From positions 72,335-136,334 of the forward strand of contig JBBRDV010000001.1 of assembly GCA_038203565.1 (NCBI GenBank): a DNA stretch of 64,000 nt, written 5' to 3'. The notes beneath the pieces were generated by a model. The model made no database searches. It had not been told where the DNA came from and saw nothing but the letters and a program-made list of their open reading frames with translations. The stretch is from Atribacterota bacterium. GTDB taxonomy: Bacteria > Atribacterota > Phoenicimicrobiia > Phoenicimicrobiales > Phoenicimicrobiaceae. Made by a program: the position numbers and the translations under genes. Of this stretch, positions 10,636 through 20,898 are shown one piece after another (the first letter of the stretch is position 1; every line of letters starts with the position of its first letter).

Positions 10636-10664
10636 GTAGGGGCGCGATACATCGTGCCCCTACA
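10636..10664. promoter_or_regulatory. GC-rich hairpin between ffh and rpsP
   Basis: TGTAGGGGC-GCGATACATCGT-GCCCCTACA: a 9-bp stem, unusually GC-rich for this genome, with no trailing U-tract on either strand. Confidence 0.4.
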
Positions 10665-10693
10665 AATTACCCGTTAGATATTTAAAGACTAAT

Positions 10694-12016
10694 TTAATTA
10701 AAAGAAAAGTTTTTTAGTTTTGGTCCCTTTTTAAACATTTCTTTTATCTGATAAAATTGTTTGAGCAATCTATTTATATCAGAAAGCTGTGTTCCGCTCC
10801 CCCTGGATATTCTTTTCCTTCTGCTTCCGTTAATTATAGAAGGATTTTCCCTTTCTTCAACAGTCATAGAACTTATAATAGCTTCAATTTTCTTTAGTTC
10901 ACCCTCTCTATCTCCTAATTTTGCAACATCTATTCTATTTTTTAAATTATTAAATCCTGGAACCATATCCATAATCTGATCTACTGAACCAATATTTTTC
11001 ATTTTTTTTAGCTGCAAATAAAAATCATTTAAATCAAAATTATGGTCCTTCATCTTTTTGTCTAATTTTTCTAATTCATCTTTACTGTAAGCAGTTTCAA
11101 CTTTTTCTATTAGTGTCAAGACATCACCCATACCCAATATCCGAGAAGCCATTCTTTCTGGATGAAAAGGTTCAAAGTTATCAACCTTTTCGCCTATACC
11201 TATAAACTTAATAGGTACTCCTAAAACCTTTTTCAAGGATAAAGCCACTCCCCCCCGAGTGTCACCATCCAATTTGGTTAGAATAATTCCGCTTACTTTT
11301 ATTTTATCACAAAACACTTTAGCTGAATTTACCGCATCCTGCCCGGCCATAGCATCTACTATCAATAATTTTTCCTGAAGAGGAATATTTTCATTAATCT
11401 CTTGTAATTCATTCATTAGTTTATCATCTATATGTAATCTTCCGGCAGTGTCAATAATTAACATATCGTTATTTTTTTTAGATGAATATTTTATGGCAGC
11501 TTTAACAATATTTACTGCACTTTCGTTTTTACCCATGGAAAAAACCGGTAAATTTGATTTTTCACCTAATACCTGAAGTTGTTCGATAGCTGCCGGTCTG
11601 TATATATCTGTTGCTATTAAAAGCGGTAGATGCCCTTTTTTTCTAAAGTAATTAGCTAATTTTACGGCTGTTGTTGTTTTACCGGTTCCCTGCAATCCCA
11701 CTAACATTATAATAGTAGGAGGGGCAGGACTGATACTAAGGTCATTTTGTTTGCACCCTAATGTTAAAGTTATCTCCCCATTTACAATCTTTATAATTTG
11801 TTGAGAAGGTGATAGGCTTTCGGAAATCTTTTCCTCTTGTACTTTATCATGTAAACTATCTATAAATTCTTTTACCACTTTGTAATTTACATCTGCTTCT
11901 AAAAGGGCTATGCGAATTTCATGAAGACAATTTTTTATATCATTTTCATTTAATTTTCCCTTGTTTTTTATCTTTTTAAATATTGTCTGAAATTTATCAG
12001 TAAGGCTGGCAAACAT
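10694..12016 (-). CDS. ffh: signal recognition particle protein Ffh
   Basis: N-domain MFASLTDKFQ..ALLEADV, G-domain GLQGTGKTTT / DTAGR, and an M-domain with a Met-rich tail. Confidence 0.95.
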   Translation of the reverse strand: MFASLTDKFQTIFKKIKNKGKLNENDIKNCLHEIRIALLEADVNYKVVKEFIDSLHDKVQEEKISESLSPSQQIIKIVNGEITLTLGCKQNDLSISPAPPTIIMLVGLQGTGKTTTAVKLANYFRKKGHLPLLIATDIYRPAAIEQLQVLGEKSNLPVFSMGKNESAVNIVKAAIKYSSKKNNDMLIIDTAGRLHIDDKLMNELQEINENIPLQEKLLIVDAMAGQDAVNSAKVFCDKIKVSGIILTKLDGDTRGGVALSLKKVLGVPIKFIGIGEKVDNFEPFHPERMASRILGMGDVLTLIEKVETAYSKDELEKLDKKMKDHNFDLNDFYLQLKKMKNIGSVDQIMDMVPGFNNLKNRIDVAKLGDREGELKKIEAIISSMTVEERENPSIINGSRRKRISRGSGTQLSDINRLLKQFYQIKEMFKKGPKLKNFSFN

Positions 12017-12107
12017 AAAAAAATAACTCCTCTTAACTTCAGTTTATCTATTAATTTTCAATTCCGAAAAAATACCTTTATAAGTATATAGAAAATTATC
12101 TTTAGTG

Positions 12108-13061
12108 TCAATCAAGAAGAGCTTCAACAAATTTTTCAGCTTTAAAATCATATAAATTATTTAATTTTTCTCCACAGCTAATTAATTTAACCGGGATATC
12201 TAACTCTTTTTTTATAGCGATTACTATTCCCCCCTTGGCTGTTCCATCCATTTTAGTAAGTGCAATTCCGGTAACTCCTAAAGATTTGTTAAAAAATTCT
12301 GCTTGAGCTATAGCATTCTGGCCCATGGTAGCATCAATGGTTTGTAATATCTCTAATGAGCAATCATTAGCCTCTTTTTGGATTACTCTTTTTATCTTTT
12401 CTAATTCACTCATTAAATTTACCTTAGTATGAAGTCTTCCGGCAGTATCGATTATGACTATATTCTTTTTCCGGGCTCGAGCTGCACTGATCCCATCATA
12501 TACGACCGAAGCCGGGTCAGCACCTTCTTTGGTATTTATCATTTCTGCTCCTACCTTACAAGCTAAAATCTTAAGTTGCTGTACTGCTGCTGCTCTAAAG
12601 GTATCGGCAGGAACCATAATTATATCATTATTTATATTTTTTAAACGATAAGCAATCTTACCCGCTATTGAAGTTTTTCCTGAACCATTTACCCCTACCA
12701 GCATGATTATATTTAATCTATTTTCATTAATCTTAATATCGGGTGCAGTTGAATTTAAGATATCTATCAGGATAACCTTTAATTTTTCTTTGAAAAATAT
12801 AAAGTTATTTTCCTTATATTCTCTAAAATTAATCTGCTGAAATTCATTCATTATCTCTGCAGTAGCGGAGGTTCCTAAGTCAGATAATATTAATAACTCT
12901 TCTAATTTTTCTAAAAAATCTGATTTATCTTTGGAATTACTAAATAAAAATCCTAATTTATTAGCAAATTCTTTCCTCGTTTTATATAGCCCTTCTTTAA
13001 ATTGGGAAAATATATTTTTTATATTCATGATTTTTATTATCCATTTTGACTTATTTTTCAA
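12108..13061 (-). CDS. ftsY: SRP receptor FtsY
   Basis: GVNGSGKTS, DTAGRLH and TKMDGTAKGG. The true start may be the internal MNIKNIF codon at 13028, which would avoid an 11-nt overlap with smc. Confidence 0.9.
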   Translation of the reverse strand: MKNKSKWIIKIMNIKNIFSQFKEGLYKTRKEFANKLGFLFSNSKDKSDFLEKLEELLILSDLGTSATAEIMNEFQQINFREYKENNFIFFKEKLKVILIDILNSTAPDIKINENRLNIIMLVGVNGSGKTSIAGKIAYRLKNINNDIIMVPADTFRAAAVQQLKILACKVGAEMINTKEGADPASVVYDGISAARARKKNIVIIDTAGRLHTKVNLMSELEKIKRVIQKEANDCSLEILQTIDATMGQNAIAQAEFFNKSLGVTGIALTKMDGTAKGGIVIAIKKELDIPVKLISCGEKLNNLYDFKAEKFVEALLD

Positions 13062-16000
13062 ATTTTACCGAAACTAATTTTGAGATACCTGATTCTTCCA
13101 TGGTTATACCATATAATGTATCTGCTGCTTCCATCGTTGTTTTTTGATGGGTAATAAGAACCAATTGCGTCTGATTTAAATCTTCCCCCTTTAATATGTG
13201 GGTAAGTTTTTCAGCATTTACTTCATCTAAAGATGTATCTATTTCATCAAAAAGACAAAAAGGGCTGGGATTTGCTTTCCACAAGGCCATTAAAAGTGCT
13301 ATAGCAGTTAAGGCTTTTTCACCGGAGGATAACAATTCAATATTTTGCGTTTTCTTTCCGGGAGGACGGGCAATTATATCTATTCCGGAGTTTAATATAT
13401 CTTCTTCAGATTCAATAATTAATCTCCCTTCCCCACCGGAAAATATTTGTTTAAATATATCATTAAAGTAGGTTTTTACCTGATTAAATGTTTTTTTAAA
13501 TCTTTCTATGGCAATTCGGTCAATTTCTGAAATTGTTATTTCCATAATTTTTTTTGCCTTACATATCTCGTCGTATTTTTCGCATAGAGAATTACAGCGC
13601 TGTAACTGATTGTGGTATCTATTTTCTGCCTCAAAGTTTATCTGTCCCACTTTTAAAATGTTGTCTCTTAAAATGTCTATCCTTTGGTTAGCTTCTTTCT
13701 GTGAACCGGATATGTTTTTGTATAATTCTAATTTTTCCAGCGATAAGTTATAATTTTTATTTACTTCTTCCTCAATGTTAACCTGTTTTTCCCGATCTTG
13801 AACCTCTAATATTTCTTCTCTATGTTGTTTGTCTTTGATTGATTCGTACGTTTTTTGTTGGTTTATCTTATCCTGCTGTAAATTTTTTAAGAGATTGGAT
13901 TTCCTTTGAATAATCTCTCCTATCTCCTCTGCTTTCTTGAAAACAGAAGGATTTTCTTTGTTCAACCTGTTTATTTGAATTTTATATTCATTTATCTTTT
14001 TTAATATATCAGCAAGTTTTTCATTATATTCTTTTACAGTACTTCTTTTTTCGTTTAAATCGACTGAATGCTCATCTTTGTATTGAGAAATATTTTCAGC
14101 CTTCTCTTTTATACTAATCAGTTTTTCTTTATTTATTAGAATAATATTTTTTAGGTTATTTATGTCTCTGGAAAGATTGTTTATACGGTTGTTCCCTCTT
14201 GTAGCAATTTGATTAATTATTTTTATAGAATGACTAATATTTTTGTTATATTCAGAAAGAGTGTTGCAATATTTTTCCAAAATACGCAATTTCCCAGAAA
14301 TATTTTTTCTCTCCTCCAAAATACTATTTTCTTCAATTAAAAGATTTTTTAAGCCATCTCTTAGTTCATTAACCGAAACTGTTGCCCTGTTCAAATTATT
14401 TATACTGTCAGTTACGTTTTTTTCGTTCTCTCGTAATAATCTTTTTATATCCTGGTTTTCTTTCCATAGAGAATTATAAATATTGTTATTTATTTTTATA
14501 AAATCATTATTTCTTTCAACTTTAATTTTTAAAGTTTTTATATCTTTTTCTAATTTTTCAATCTCTTTTTCTACATAATAAAAACTCTCTTGAGAATTCT
14601 CTGAATTTGTTGAGGTTGAATAAATATCTACGGAGCCGTCCATATTTATTACCATCCCATCTAGTGAAATAATTTTATATTTACCTAAGTACTCATTAGA
14701 AATATCAAGGGCAGTTTTTATATCTTCAACTATTAATACATTGCCCAACAAAACTTTAAATAAATTCTGATATTTTTGGGAGTAATTTATCAATTCGTGG
14801 GCAAATCCACAAATATTATGGTTTTGAATTTCACCCTGGTTATCAGGAAGTGTTTTTATATTTTTGATTAAATCCAGAGGGATTATCTTTATTTTTTCTA
14901 ATTCGTTTTCCGATAAGGAATTAATTATATTTAAAGCATATGAAATATCGCTCACTACAATTGAGTTAAAACTTTCTCTTAAAGCAATCCTCATAATTTT
15001 CTCATATTTTGAAGGAATATTATCAATGAATTTTATGATTTTTTCACAAAGGTCATCTGGATATTTTTGGCAGTATTTGGAGTAAAATACCTCTATCTTT
15101 TGTTCGTTTTTCTTCCTGTTAGTCTCAATTGATTTCCTTAAAATATTTTTCCTTTCTTCTTTTAAGCTAATTACATGTCTATCTTTTTCCACTTCTGCCT
15201 GTAATTTTTTTAAGATATTTTCAATCTCTTTTATTTTCTCTTCATTTGATTTGAGATGTGGTTCATCTTCGATTTTTCTGTTTTCCCTTACGATTCTTTG
15301 ATAATCACTCTCTTTTGTCACCATATTTTCTAATTGATTTTCAAGTAATATCCTTTTTTTTCTAATTTTTTCTAAATTCATATTTATGATATTTAAGGTA
15401 GTACTATATCTTATTTTTGCTTCCTTTAAAAACAATTCCTTTTCCGAAATTATTTTTAATACCTTTCTCGAATTAATCTCTAAAATATTAAGCGAATCGG
15501 CAAGTCTAGAAATATTATTAGTATCTTTATTTAAATAAATAAGTTTTTTATTAAAACTTTCTATTTTATTGTTTACCTCCAAAATATTCAAACTTGCTTC
15601 TTTCTTATTTTGTTCACCAATAACTATTTTTTGAGTAATATTTTCAGCTTCTTTATTTAAATCATACAGCCTTTTTTCAACATCACTCTTCTTTTGTAAC
15701 ATTAAATTTAATTCGCTCTGAATTAATTTTTTTCTATTATCCAGTTCGTAATTATCATATTTATATTTCTCTTGTTCTTTACTTGAATTATCTAACTCTA
15801 TATTTAATGAGTTACTCGCTGTTTCTTCTTCTTTAATTTTTTTTATAATCTTGTTTTTTTCTTTTTCGTATTGTTCTAAATTTCTTTTTATTTTAGATAA
15901 ATTTGTTCTGCTTAAATTATATTTTTGATAGATTAAAAATAATTCCAAATTTTTAATCTCTTCTTGACATATTTTATAACTATTTAGATGTTTTGCTTCT

Positions 16001-16620
16001 TCTTCCAAAATTAATAATTGATTTTTTATTTCAGAAATTATATTTTCAATCTTATCTAAATTATTATTGATTTCCTCTATTTTATCTAAAGTTTTTTTCT
16101 TTTCATGTCTATATTTAGAAATAGAGGCAGCTTCTTCAAATAAATAACGTCTTTCAGGTGGTTTTGCACTTAAAATAAGATCTACTTCGCCCTGAGCAAT
16201 GATGGAATAGGTATTTTTACTCAATCCTGTATTCATAAATAATTCTTGAATCTCTTTCAATTTACAAGGGATTCCATTAATAAAACTTTCGGTCTCTCCG
16301 GAACGATAAATTCTTCTTTTAATATTTATTTCTTCCCAATCTAACGGGAGAACCTTCTCATAATTATTGACAGTTAACGAAACTTCCGCTAAGTTTAAAG
16401 GTTTTTCTTTGTGATTTCCTGAAAAAATAATATCTGTTAGCTGTTTTCCCCGTAATGACCTGATATTCTGTTCACCCAATACCCACCTGACTGCATCGGT
16501 AATATTGCTCTTGCCGCAACCATTTGGACCGACTATTGCGGTTATGCCAGAATTAAATGATAATTTAATTTTTTTTCCAAATGATTTAAATCCATATATT
16601 TCAAGTTCTTTTAAAAACAC
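13051..16620 (-). CDS. smc: chromosome segregation ATPase SMC
   Basis: 1189 aa with N-terminal Walker A GPNGCGKSN, long coiled coils, a hinge, and a C-terminal LSGGEKALTAIALL signature with Walker B. Confidence 0.95.
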   Translation of the reverse strand: MFLKELEIYGFKSFGKKIKLSFNSGITAIVGPNGCGKSNITDAVRWVLGEQNIRSLRGKQLTDIIFSGNHKEKPLNLAEVSLTVNNYEKVLPLDWEEINIKRRIYRSGETESFINGIPCKLKEIQELFMNTGLSKNTYSIIAQGEVDLILSAKPPERRYLFEEAASISKYRHEKKKTLDKIEEINNNLDKIENIISEIKNQLLILEEEAKHLNSYKICQEEIKNLELFLIYQKYNLSRTNLSKIKRNLEQYEKEKNKIIKKIKEEETASNSLNIELDNSSKEQEKYKYDNYELDNRKKLIQSELNLMLQKKSDVEKRLYDLNKEAENITQKIVIGEQNKKEASLNILEVNNKIESFNKKLIYLNKDTNNISRLADSLNILEINSRKVLKIISEKELFLKEAKIRYSTTLNIINMNLEKIRKKRILLENQLENMVTKESDYQRIVRENRKIEDEPHLKSNEEKIKEIENILKKLQAEVEKDRHVISLKEERKNILRKSIETNRKKNEQKIEVFYSKYCQKYPDDLCEKIIKFIDNIPSKYEKIMRIALRESFNSIVVSDISYALNIINSLSENELEKIKIIPLDLIKNIKTLPDNQGEIQNHNICGFAHELINYSQKYQNLFKVLLGNVLIVEDIKTALDISNEYLGKYKIISLDGMVINMDGSVDIYSTSTNSENSQESFYYVEKEIEKLEKDIKTLKIKVERNNDFIKINNNIYNSLWKENQDIKRLLRENEKNVTDSINNLNRATVSVNELRDGLKNLLIEENSILEERKNISGKLRILEKYCNTLSEYNKNISHSIKIINQIATRGNNRINNLSRDINNLKNIILINKEKLISIKEKAENISQYKDEHSVDLNEKRSTVKEYNEKLADILKKINEYKIQINRLNKENPSVFKKAEEIGEIIQRKSNLLKNLQQDKINQQKTYESIKDKQHREEILEVQDREKQVNIEEEVNKNYNLSLEKLELYKNISGSQKEANQRIDILRDNILKVGQINFEAENRYHNQLQRCNSLCEKYDEICKAKKIMEITISEIDRIAIERFKKTFNQVKTYFNDIFKQIFSGGEGRLIIESEEDILNSGIDIIARPPGKKTQNIELLSSGEKALTAIALLMALWKANPSPFCLFDEIDTSLDEVNAEKLTHILKGEDLNQTQLVLITHQKTTMEAADTLYGITMEESGISKLVSVKFEK

Positions 16621-16629
16621 TCTTTTACC

Positions 16630-17358
16630 TCATTTTATTGCTTTTAACTTTTTTAAAGTATCTTGTGCGGCATCCTGTTCTGCCTCTTTTTTATTCTCAC
16701 CAGTTCCGGTTCCATAGGTGATTTTCTTTAGTCTTACCTCAATACAAAATATTTTTTTATGATCCGGACCTTTTTCTTTAATTAGACAATATTCGGGTAA
16801 ACATTTCATCTTTTTTTGAGAAATTTCCTGTAGTAAAGTTTTATAATCTTCCCCATACTTTCCCTTCATAATTAGTTCCGTTTCTTTTTTTATAAATGAT
16901 GAGATAATTTTTTTAGCTTTTTGGAGGCCGCTATCTAAATATATTGCTCCTAATAAAGCCTCAAAACAATCTGCAAGAATAGATAATTTATTTCTCCCTC
17001 CGGTTGAATCTTCCCCTTTTCCCAAAATAATGTACTTTCCTAAGGAAAGGCGATCAGCCCATTTCGCCAAAATATCCTTGCTAACCATAACAGATTTAAT
17101 TTTTGTAAGCTTACCTTCCGAAAAAGAGACTAATTTACGATAAAGATATTCAGTAACAATTAAATTTAAAACAGAATCACCTAAAAATTCTAATCTTTGA
17201 TTGTTGGTTATCTTGTCTTTTAAACTTTTTTTTTGGAAAGAAGAATGGGTTAAAGCTTCTTTTAGAAGGGTTTTATTTTTAAATTTATAATCTAATTTTT
17301 TTTCTAAATTATTTGACATTAAATCCTTTTCTTTTTTCAAAGCCAGTATATCACTCAT
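16630..17358 (-). CDS. rnc: ribonuclease III
   Basis: RNase III signature ERLEFLGDSVL plus a dsRBD. The start is probably MSDIL (17358); the ORF track extends to 17382. Confidence 0.9.
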   Translation of the reverse strand: MSDILALKKEKDLMSNNLEKKLDYKFKNKTLLKEALTHSSFQKKSLKDKITNNQRLEFLGDSVLNLIVTEYLYRKLVSFSEGKLTKIKSVMVSKDILAKWADRLSLGKYIILGKGEDSTGGRNKLSILADCFEALLGAIYLDSGLQKAKKIISSFIKKETELIMKGKYGEDYKTLLQEISQKKMKCLPEYCLIKEKGPDHKKIFCIEVRLKKITYGTGTGENKKEAEQDAAQDTLKKLKAIK

Positions 17359-17713
17359 CTTTTTTATATTTGCCTGAACCAATTATAACTCCCGTTGAAT
17401 AAGAATCCTTTTCAGTAATTTTCAATTTAGAATCCTCAAGTGCCAGCATTGCCGCAACAATTGAAAATTGAGTGCTTTTATCCATTCTGTTTGCTTCTTT
17501 GACAGATATGTAATTTGTATAATTGAAATCTTTTACTTCTGCTGCTATTTTAGTAGGATATTTTTCGGTATCGAAATAACTTATCCTGTCGATACCACAT
17601 TTTCCTTGAATTAAGGATTGCCAAAATTTATTTTTTCCAATTCCTACGGGAGTAACCGGACCTAAACCGGTAATTACCACTCTATTTTTCAATATCCTAT
17701 TCTCCACCGTCAT
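17351..17713 (-). pseudogene. fabF: 3-oxoacyl-ACP synthase II (FabF) N-terminal remnant, only 120 codons
   Basis: MTVENRILKNRVVITGLGPVTPVGIG..FDTEKYPTKIAAEVKDF..STGVIIGSG matches FabF residues ~1-125. It then stops (..KYKKDE*) exactly at the rnc start. No room remains for the ~290 missing codons. Confidence 0.7.
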
Positions 17714-17744
17714 TAAATAATTTTTTTTATCAAATTTACATTTT

Positions 17745-17842
17745 AAATAAGGGTCGGATAAATCTCCAACCCTTATTTAATTAGACATTAATCTTAATTT
17801 CTTACCGTTATTCTTTATACATATTTTTTAAAAAATATGTAT
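17745..17842 (-). promoter_or_regulatory. acpP-distal hairpin (17745-17778) and 26-bp perfect AT palindrome (17817-17842)
   Basis: AAATAAGGGT..ACCCTTATTT 10-bp stem, and ATACATATTTTTTAAAAAATATGTAT. Candidate acpP terminator or processing region; the U-tract is weak. Confidence 0.35.
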
Positions 17843-17876
17843 AAAAAATACTCATGCATATTTTATATTTATATTC

Positions 17877-18101
17877 TTATTTGCTTAAGTATTTAACCGC
17901 ATCTCCAACAGTCTTAATTTTTTCTGCATCTTCATCTGGAATTTCTACATCAAATTCTTCCTCAAAAGCCATAATAAGTTCGACAATATCTAAAGAATCC
18001 GCACCTAAATCGTCAACAAAAGAAGAGTTTTCTGTAATTTTACTTTCATCAACTCCTAATTGATCTACTATTATTTTTTTTACTCTATCTATTGACTCCA
18101 T
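17877..18101 (-). CDS. acpP: acyl carrier protein
   Basis: 74 aa with the LGADSLD phosphopantetheine attachment motif. Confidence 0.95.
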   Translation of the reverse strand: MESIDRVKKIIVDQLGVDESKITENSSFVDDLGADSLDIVELIMAFEEEFDVEIPDEDAEKIKTVGDAVKYLSK

Positions 18102-18120
18102 TCTATACTTTCACCTCCTT

Positions 18121-18867
18121 TCACATTACCATACCGCCATCGACATTTATAACTTGCCCAGTAATATAATTTGCTGCATCAGAAACTAAAAAATACACCA
18201 CTTTAGCGATATCTTCCACAGTACCCAACCTTTTTAAAGGGATATGCTGTTGGAGATCTTGTCTAACTTTTTCCGGTAATTTCTTAGTCATATCTGTCTC
18301 GATAAATCCAGGCGCAATAGCATTTACATTTATATTTCTTAAGGCAAGTTCTTTTGCCATTGATTTAGTTAATCCTATTATCCCCGCTTTTGATGCGGCA
18401 TAATTAACCTGCCCGATATTTCCTATCAATCCGATAACTGAGGATATATTTACAATTTTATCAGTGCTCTTTTGCCTCATCATATATTTTGCCACAGCTT
18501 TGGAACAATTAAAAGTACCTTTTAGATTTATTCTTATCACTGCATCCCAATCCTCTTCTTTCATCCTGATTAAAAGAGAATCTCGGGTTATTCCAGCATT
18601 ATTTACTAATATATCTATTTTCCCAAATTTATTTATAATCTCCTTCATCATTCTATTCACTTCATCAAATACAGTTATATCAGCTTTTATCCCAATCGCT
18701 ATATTACCACCTCTTGTGATTTCTTCCAAAGTTTTATCGATCTCATTTTTTGGTAGAATATCATTAACAATTATATTTGCTCCATGATTGGCCAATTCCT
18801 GGGCAATAGCTTTACCTATTCCACGAGCTGATCCGGTAATTAAAGCAACCTTCCCAGATAGTCCCAT
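18121..18867 (-). CDS. fabG: 3-oxoacyl-ACP reductase
   Basis: SDR family: TGSARGIGKAIA, NNAG and YAASKAG. Confidence 0.9.
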   Translation of the reverse strand: MGLSGKVALITGSARGIGKAIAQELANHGANIIVNDILPKNEIDKTLEEITRGGNIAIGIKADITVFDEVNRMMKEIINKFGKIDILVNNAGITRDSLLIRMKEEDWDAVIRINLKGTFNCSKAVAKYMMRQKSTDKIVNISSVIGLIGNIGQVNYAASKAGIIGLTKSMAKELALRNINVNAIAPGFIETDMTKKLPEKVRQDLQQHIPLKRLGTVEDIAKVVYFLVSDAANYITGQVINVDGGMVM

Positions 18868-18868
18868 T

Positions 18869-19819
18869 TTATAAGACCTCCTCTATTTTTTCAACTACAT
18901 TTTGAAGAGAATTTGAATCAAATACATTAAAGACATTAGACTCGGGAATAATTTGCGTAATTAATTCTTTCAACACTTTCCCGGGGCCTACCTCTATAAA
19001 ATATTTAATACCTTCGGAATACATTTTTGTTATAGTATCAACCCACTTTACAGGATGAGTCATTTGTTTGATTAGAGCTGATCTAACCTCTTCTTTATTG
19101 TGCATATAATCAGCACTAACATTGCAACGTATAGGTATTTTGGGATTATCTATTTTTACTTTTTCCAAATATCTTGCTAAATTCTCTTTGGCTGTCTCCA
19201 TAAAGGATGAGTGAAAAGGAGCATTTACTTTTAAAGGTATTACCATCCTTGCTCCTTTCTCTTTGGCCATTATTGATAACTTTTCCAATGCTTTATTTTC
19301 ACCGGAAACTACAATTTGAGTCGGAGAATTATAATTAGCAATTTCCACTACCCCAATATCCTTAATTTTTTCACACATTTTACTTATCTCATTTTTTTCT
19401 AAGCCGATAATTGCTAACATTGAACCAGTTCCTGCTGGAGTTGCACTCTGCATATATTCTCCTCTTTTCCTTACTAACTTCACTGCATCTTCAAATTTAA
19501 TAGCAGAACTAGCTACCAGTGCTGAATATTCTCCCAAACTATGTCCTGCAACTATAGAAGGCTTAACTTTATTTTTTCTTAATAATTTGCACAAAATTGT
19601 ACTGATAGTTAAAATTGCAGGTTGAGCATTAACCGTATTTTTTAATTCTTCTTCTGGTCCTTCGAAACAGATTTTACCAATATCTACTCCTTCTTCTTTT
19701 AGAGCTTTATTAGCTATATTAAATAAAATATTTGCTTCGGGGTAATTCTCTATTAAATCTTTTCCCATTCCTATTTTTTGAGAACCTTGACCAGGAAATA
19801 CAAAAGCTATTTTGTTCAT
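18869..19819 (-). CDS. fabD: malonyl CoA-ACP transacylase
   Basis: FPGQGSQ and GHSLGEYSAL active-site motifs. Confidence 0.9.
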   Translation of the reverse strand: MNKIAFVFPGQGSQKIGMGKDLIENYPEANILFNIANKALKEEGVDIGKICFEGPEEELKNTVNAQPAILTISTILCKLLRKNKVKPSIVAGHSLGEYSALVASSAIKFEDAVKLVRKRGEYMQSATPAGTGSMLAIIGLEKNEISKMCEKIKDIGVVEIANYNSPTQIVVSGENKALEKLSIMAKEKGARMVIPLKVNAPFHSSFMETAKENLARYLEKVKIDNPKIPIRCNVSADYMHNKEEVRSALIKQMTHPVKWVDTITKMYSEGIKYFIEVGPGKVLKELITQIIPESNVFNVFDSNSLQNVVEKIEEVL

Positions 19820-19860
19820 TATCTATGGTGTAACTCCTTTTTAAATATATATTATCGAGA

Positions 19861-20853
19861 TTATTTAATCCATTTTATAACAATGGTGCCGCTAGTTAGA
19901 CCAGCACCAAATGCGGTAAGTGCTACGATATCACCATTTTTAATCTTACCTTCTTTTACTGCTTCATCAAGAGCAATCATAACAGAAGCAGCTGAGGTAT
20001 TTCCATATTTATTTAAATTTACAAAAACTTTATCTTTTTTTATTTTCAAAACTCTTGTCAGGGCAGAAATAATTCGGATGTTTGCTTGATGCGGAATAAA
20101 ACAATCTACATCTTCTACCGAAAGATTACATTTATCCAAAGTTTTTACAGTTGTCCTTTTCATGTTTTTTACTGCAAACTTAAATACTTCATTTCCTTTC
20201 ATCTTAACATAATGCATTTTCTTTTCTACGGTTTCATGGGAAGCAGGGTTTTTAGAAAGCCCGGCTGGTATCATAATCAAATCATCGTACGACCCGTCTC
20301 CTGTCAAACAACCAGAAAAGATTCCTTTCTCCTGGTCGGCTTTTAAAACAGCCGCCCCTGCTCCATCGCCAAAAAGAATACAAGTATTTCTGTCAGTCCA
20401 ATCAACGAATTTTGAGAGAGTATCTGCCCCGATTACTAAAACATTATCATAAAAACCGGTAGCAATATACTGCCAAGCAGTAATTAGGGCATAAACCGCA
20501 CCAGTACAACCTGCTTGCAGATCAAAGGTTGCGGCATTTACAGCTTTAATTCTCTTTTGAATCAGGCAAGCGGTAGCTGGAAAAATCATATCCGGAGAAT
20601 TGGTAGCAACAATGATTAAATCAATCTCCTCCGGTTTAATATTTGAATCTTTTAGCGCTTTCAAAGCTGCCTTTGCAGCTATATCTGAAGTTGTTTCATT
20701 ATCTTCAGCTATACGGCGTTCAGCAATACCGGTTCTGGTGACAATCCATTCGTGATTTGTATCCACCATTTTTTCCAAATCTTCATTAGTTAGAACTTTT
20801 GTGGGAACATAAGAACCTGTTCCAATTATTTTAACATTTTTTATATTTTTCAT
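19861..20853 (-). CDS. fabH: 3-oxoacyl-ACP synthase III
   Basis: FabH family: ..ACTGAVYAL.. and HQANIRI. Confidence 0.9.
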   Translation of the reverse strand: MKNIKNVKIIGTGSYVPTKVLTNEDLEKMVDTNHEWIVTRTGIAERRIAEDNETTSDIAAKAALKALKDSNIKPEEIDLIIVATNSPDMIFPATACLIQKRIKAVNAATFDLQAGCTGAVYALITAWQYIATGFYDNVLVIGADTLSKFVDWTDRNTCILFGDGAGAAVLKADQEKGIFSGCLTGDGSYDDLIMIPAGLSKNPASHETVEKKMHYVKMKGNEVFKFAVKNMKRTTVKTLDKCNLSVEDVDCFIPHQANIRIISALTRVLKIKKDKVFVNLNKYGNTSAASVMIALDEAVKEGKIKNGDIVALTAFGAGLTSGTIVIKWIK

Positions 20854-20898
20854 TAATTAGCATTCTCCCCTTCTTGTTAGTGAATTATTTTTTTTTAT

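Noticed and set aside
12017-12107. ylxM (UPF0122) gene between ftsY and ffh
   Set aside because: The spacer is only 90 bp with no ORF. The gene is simply absent here.
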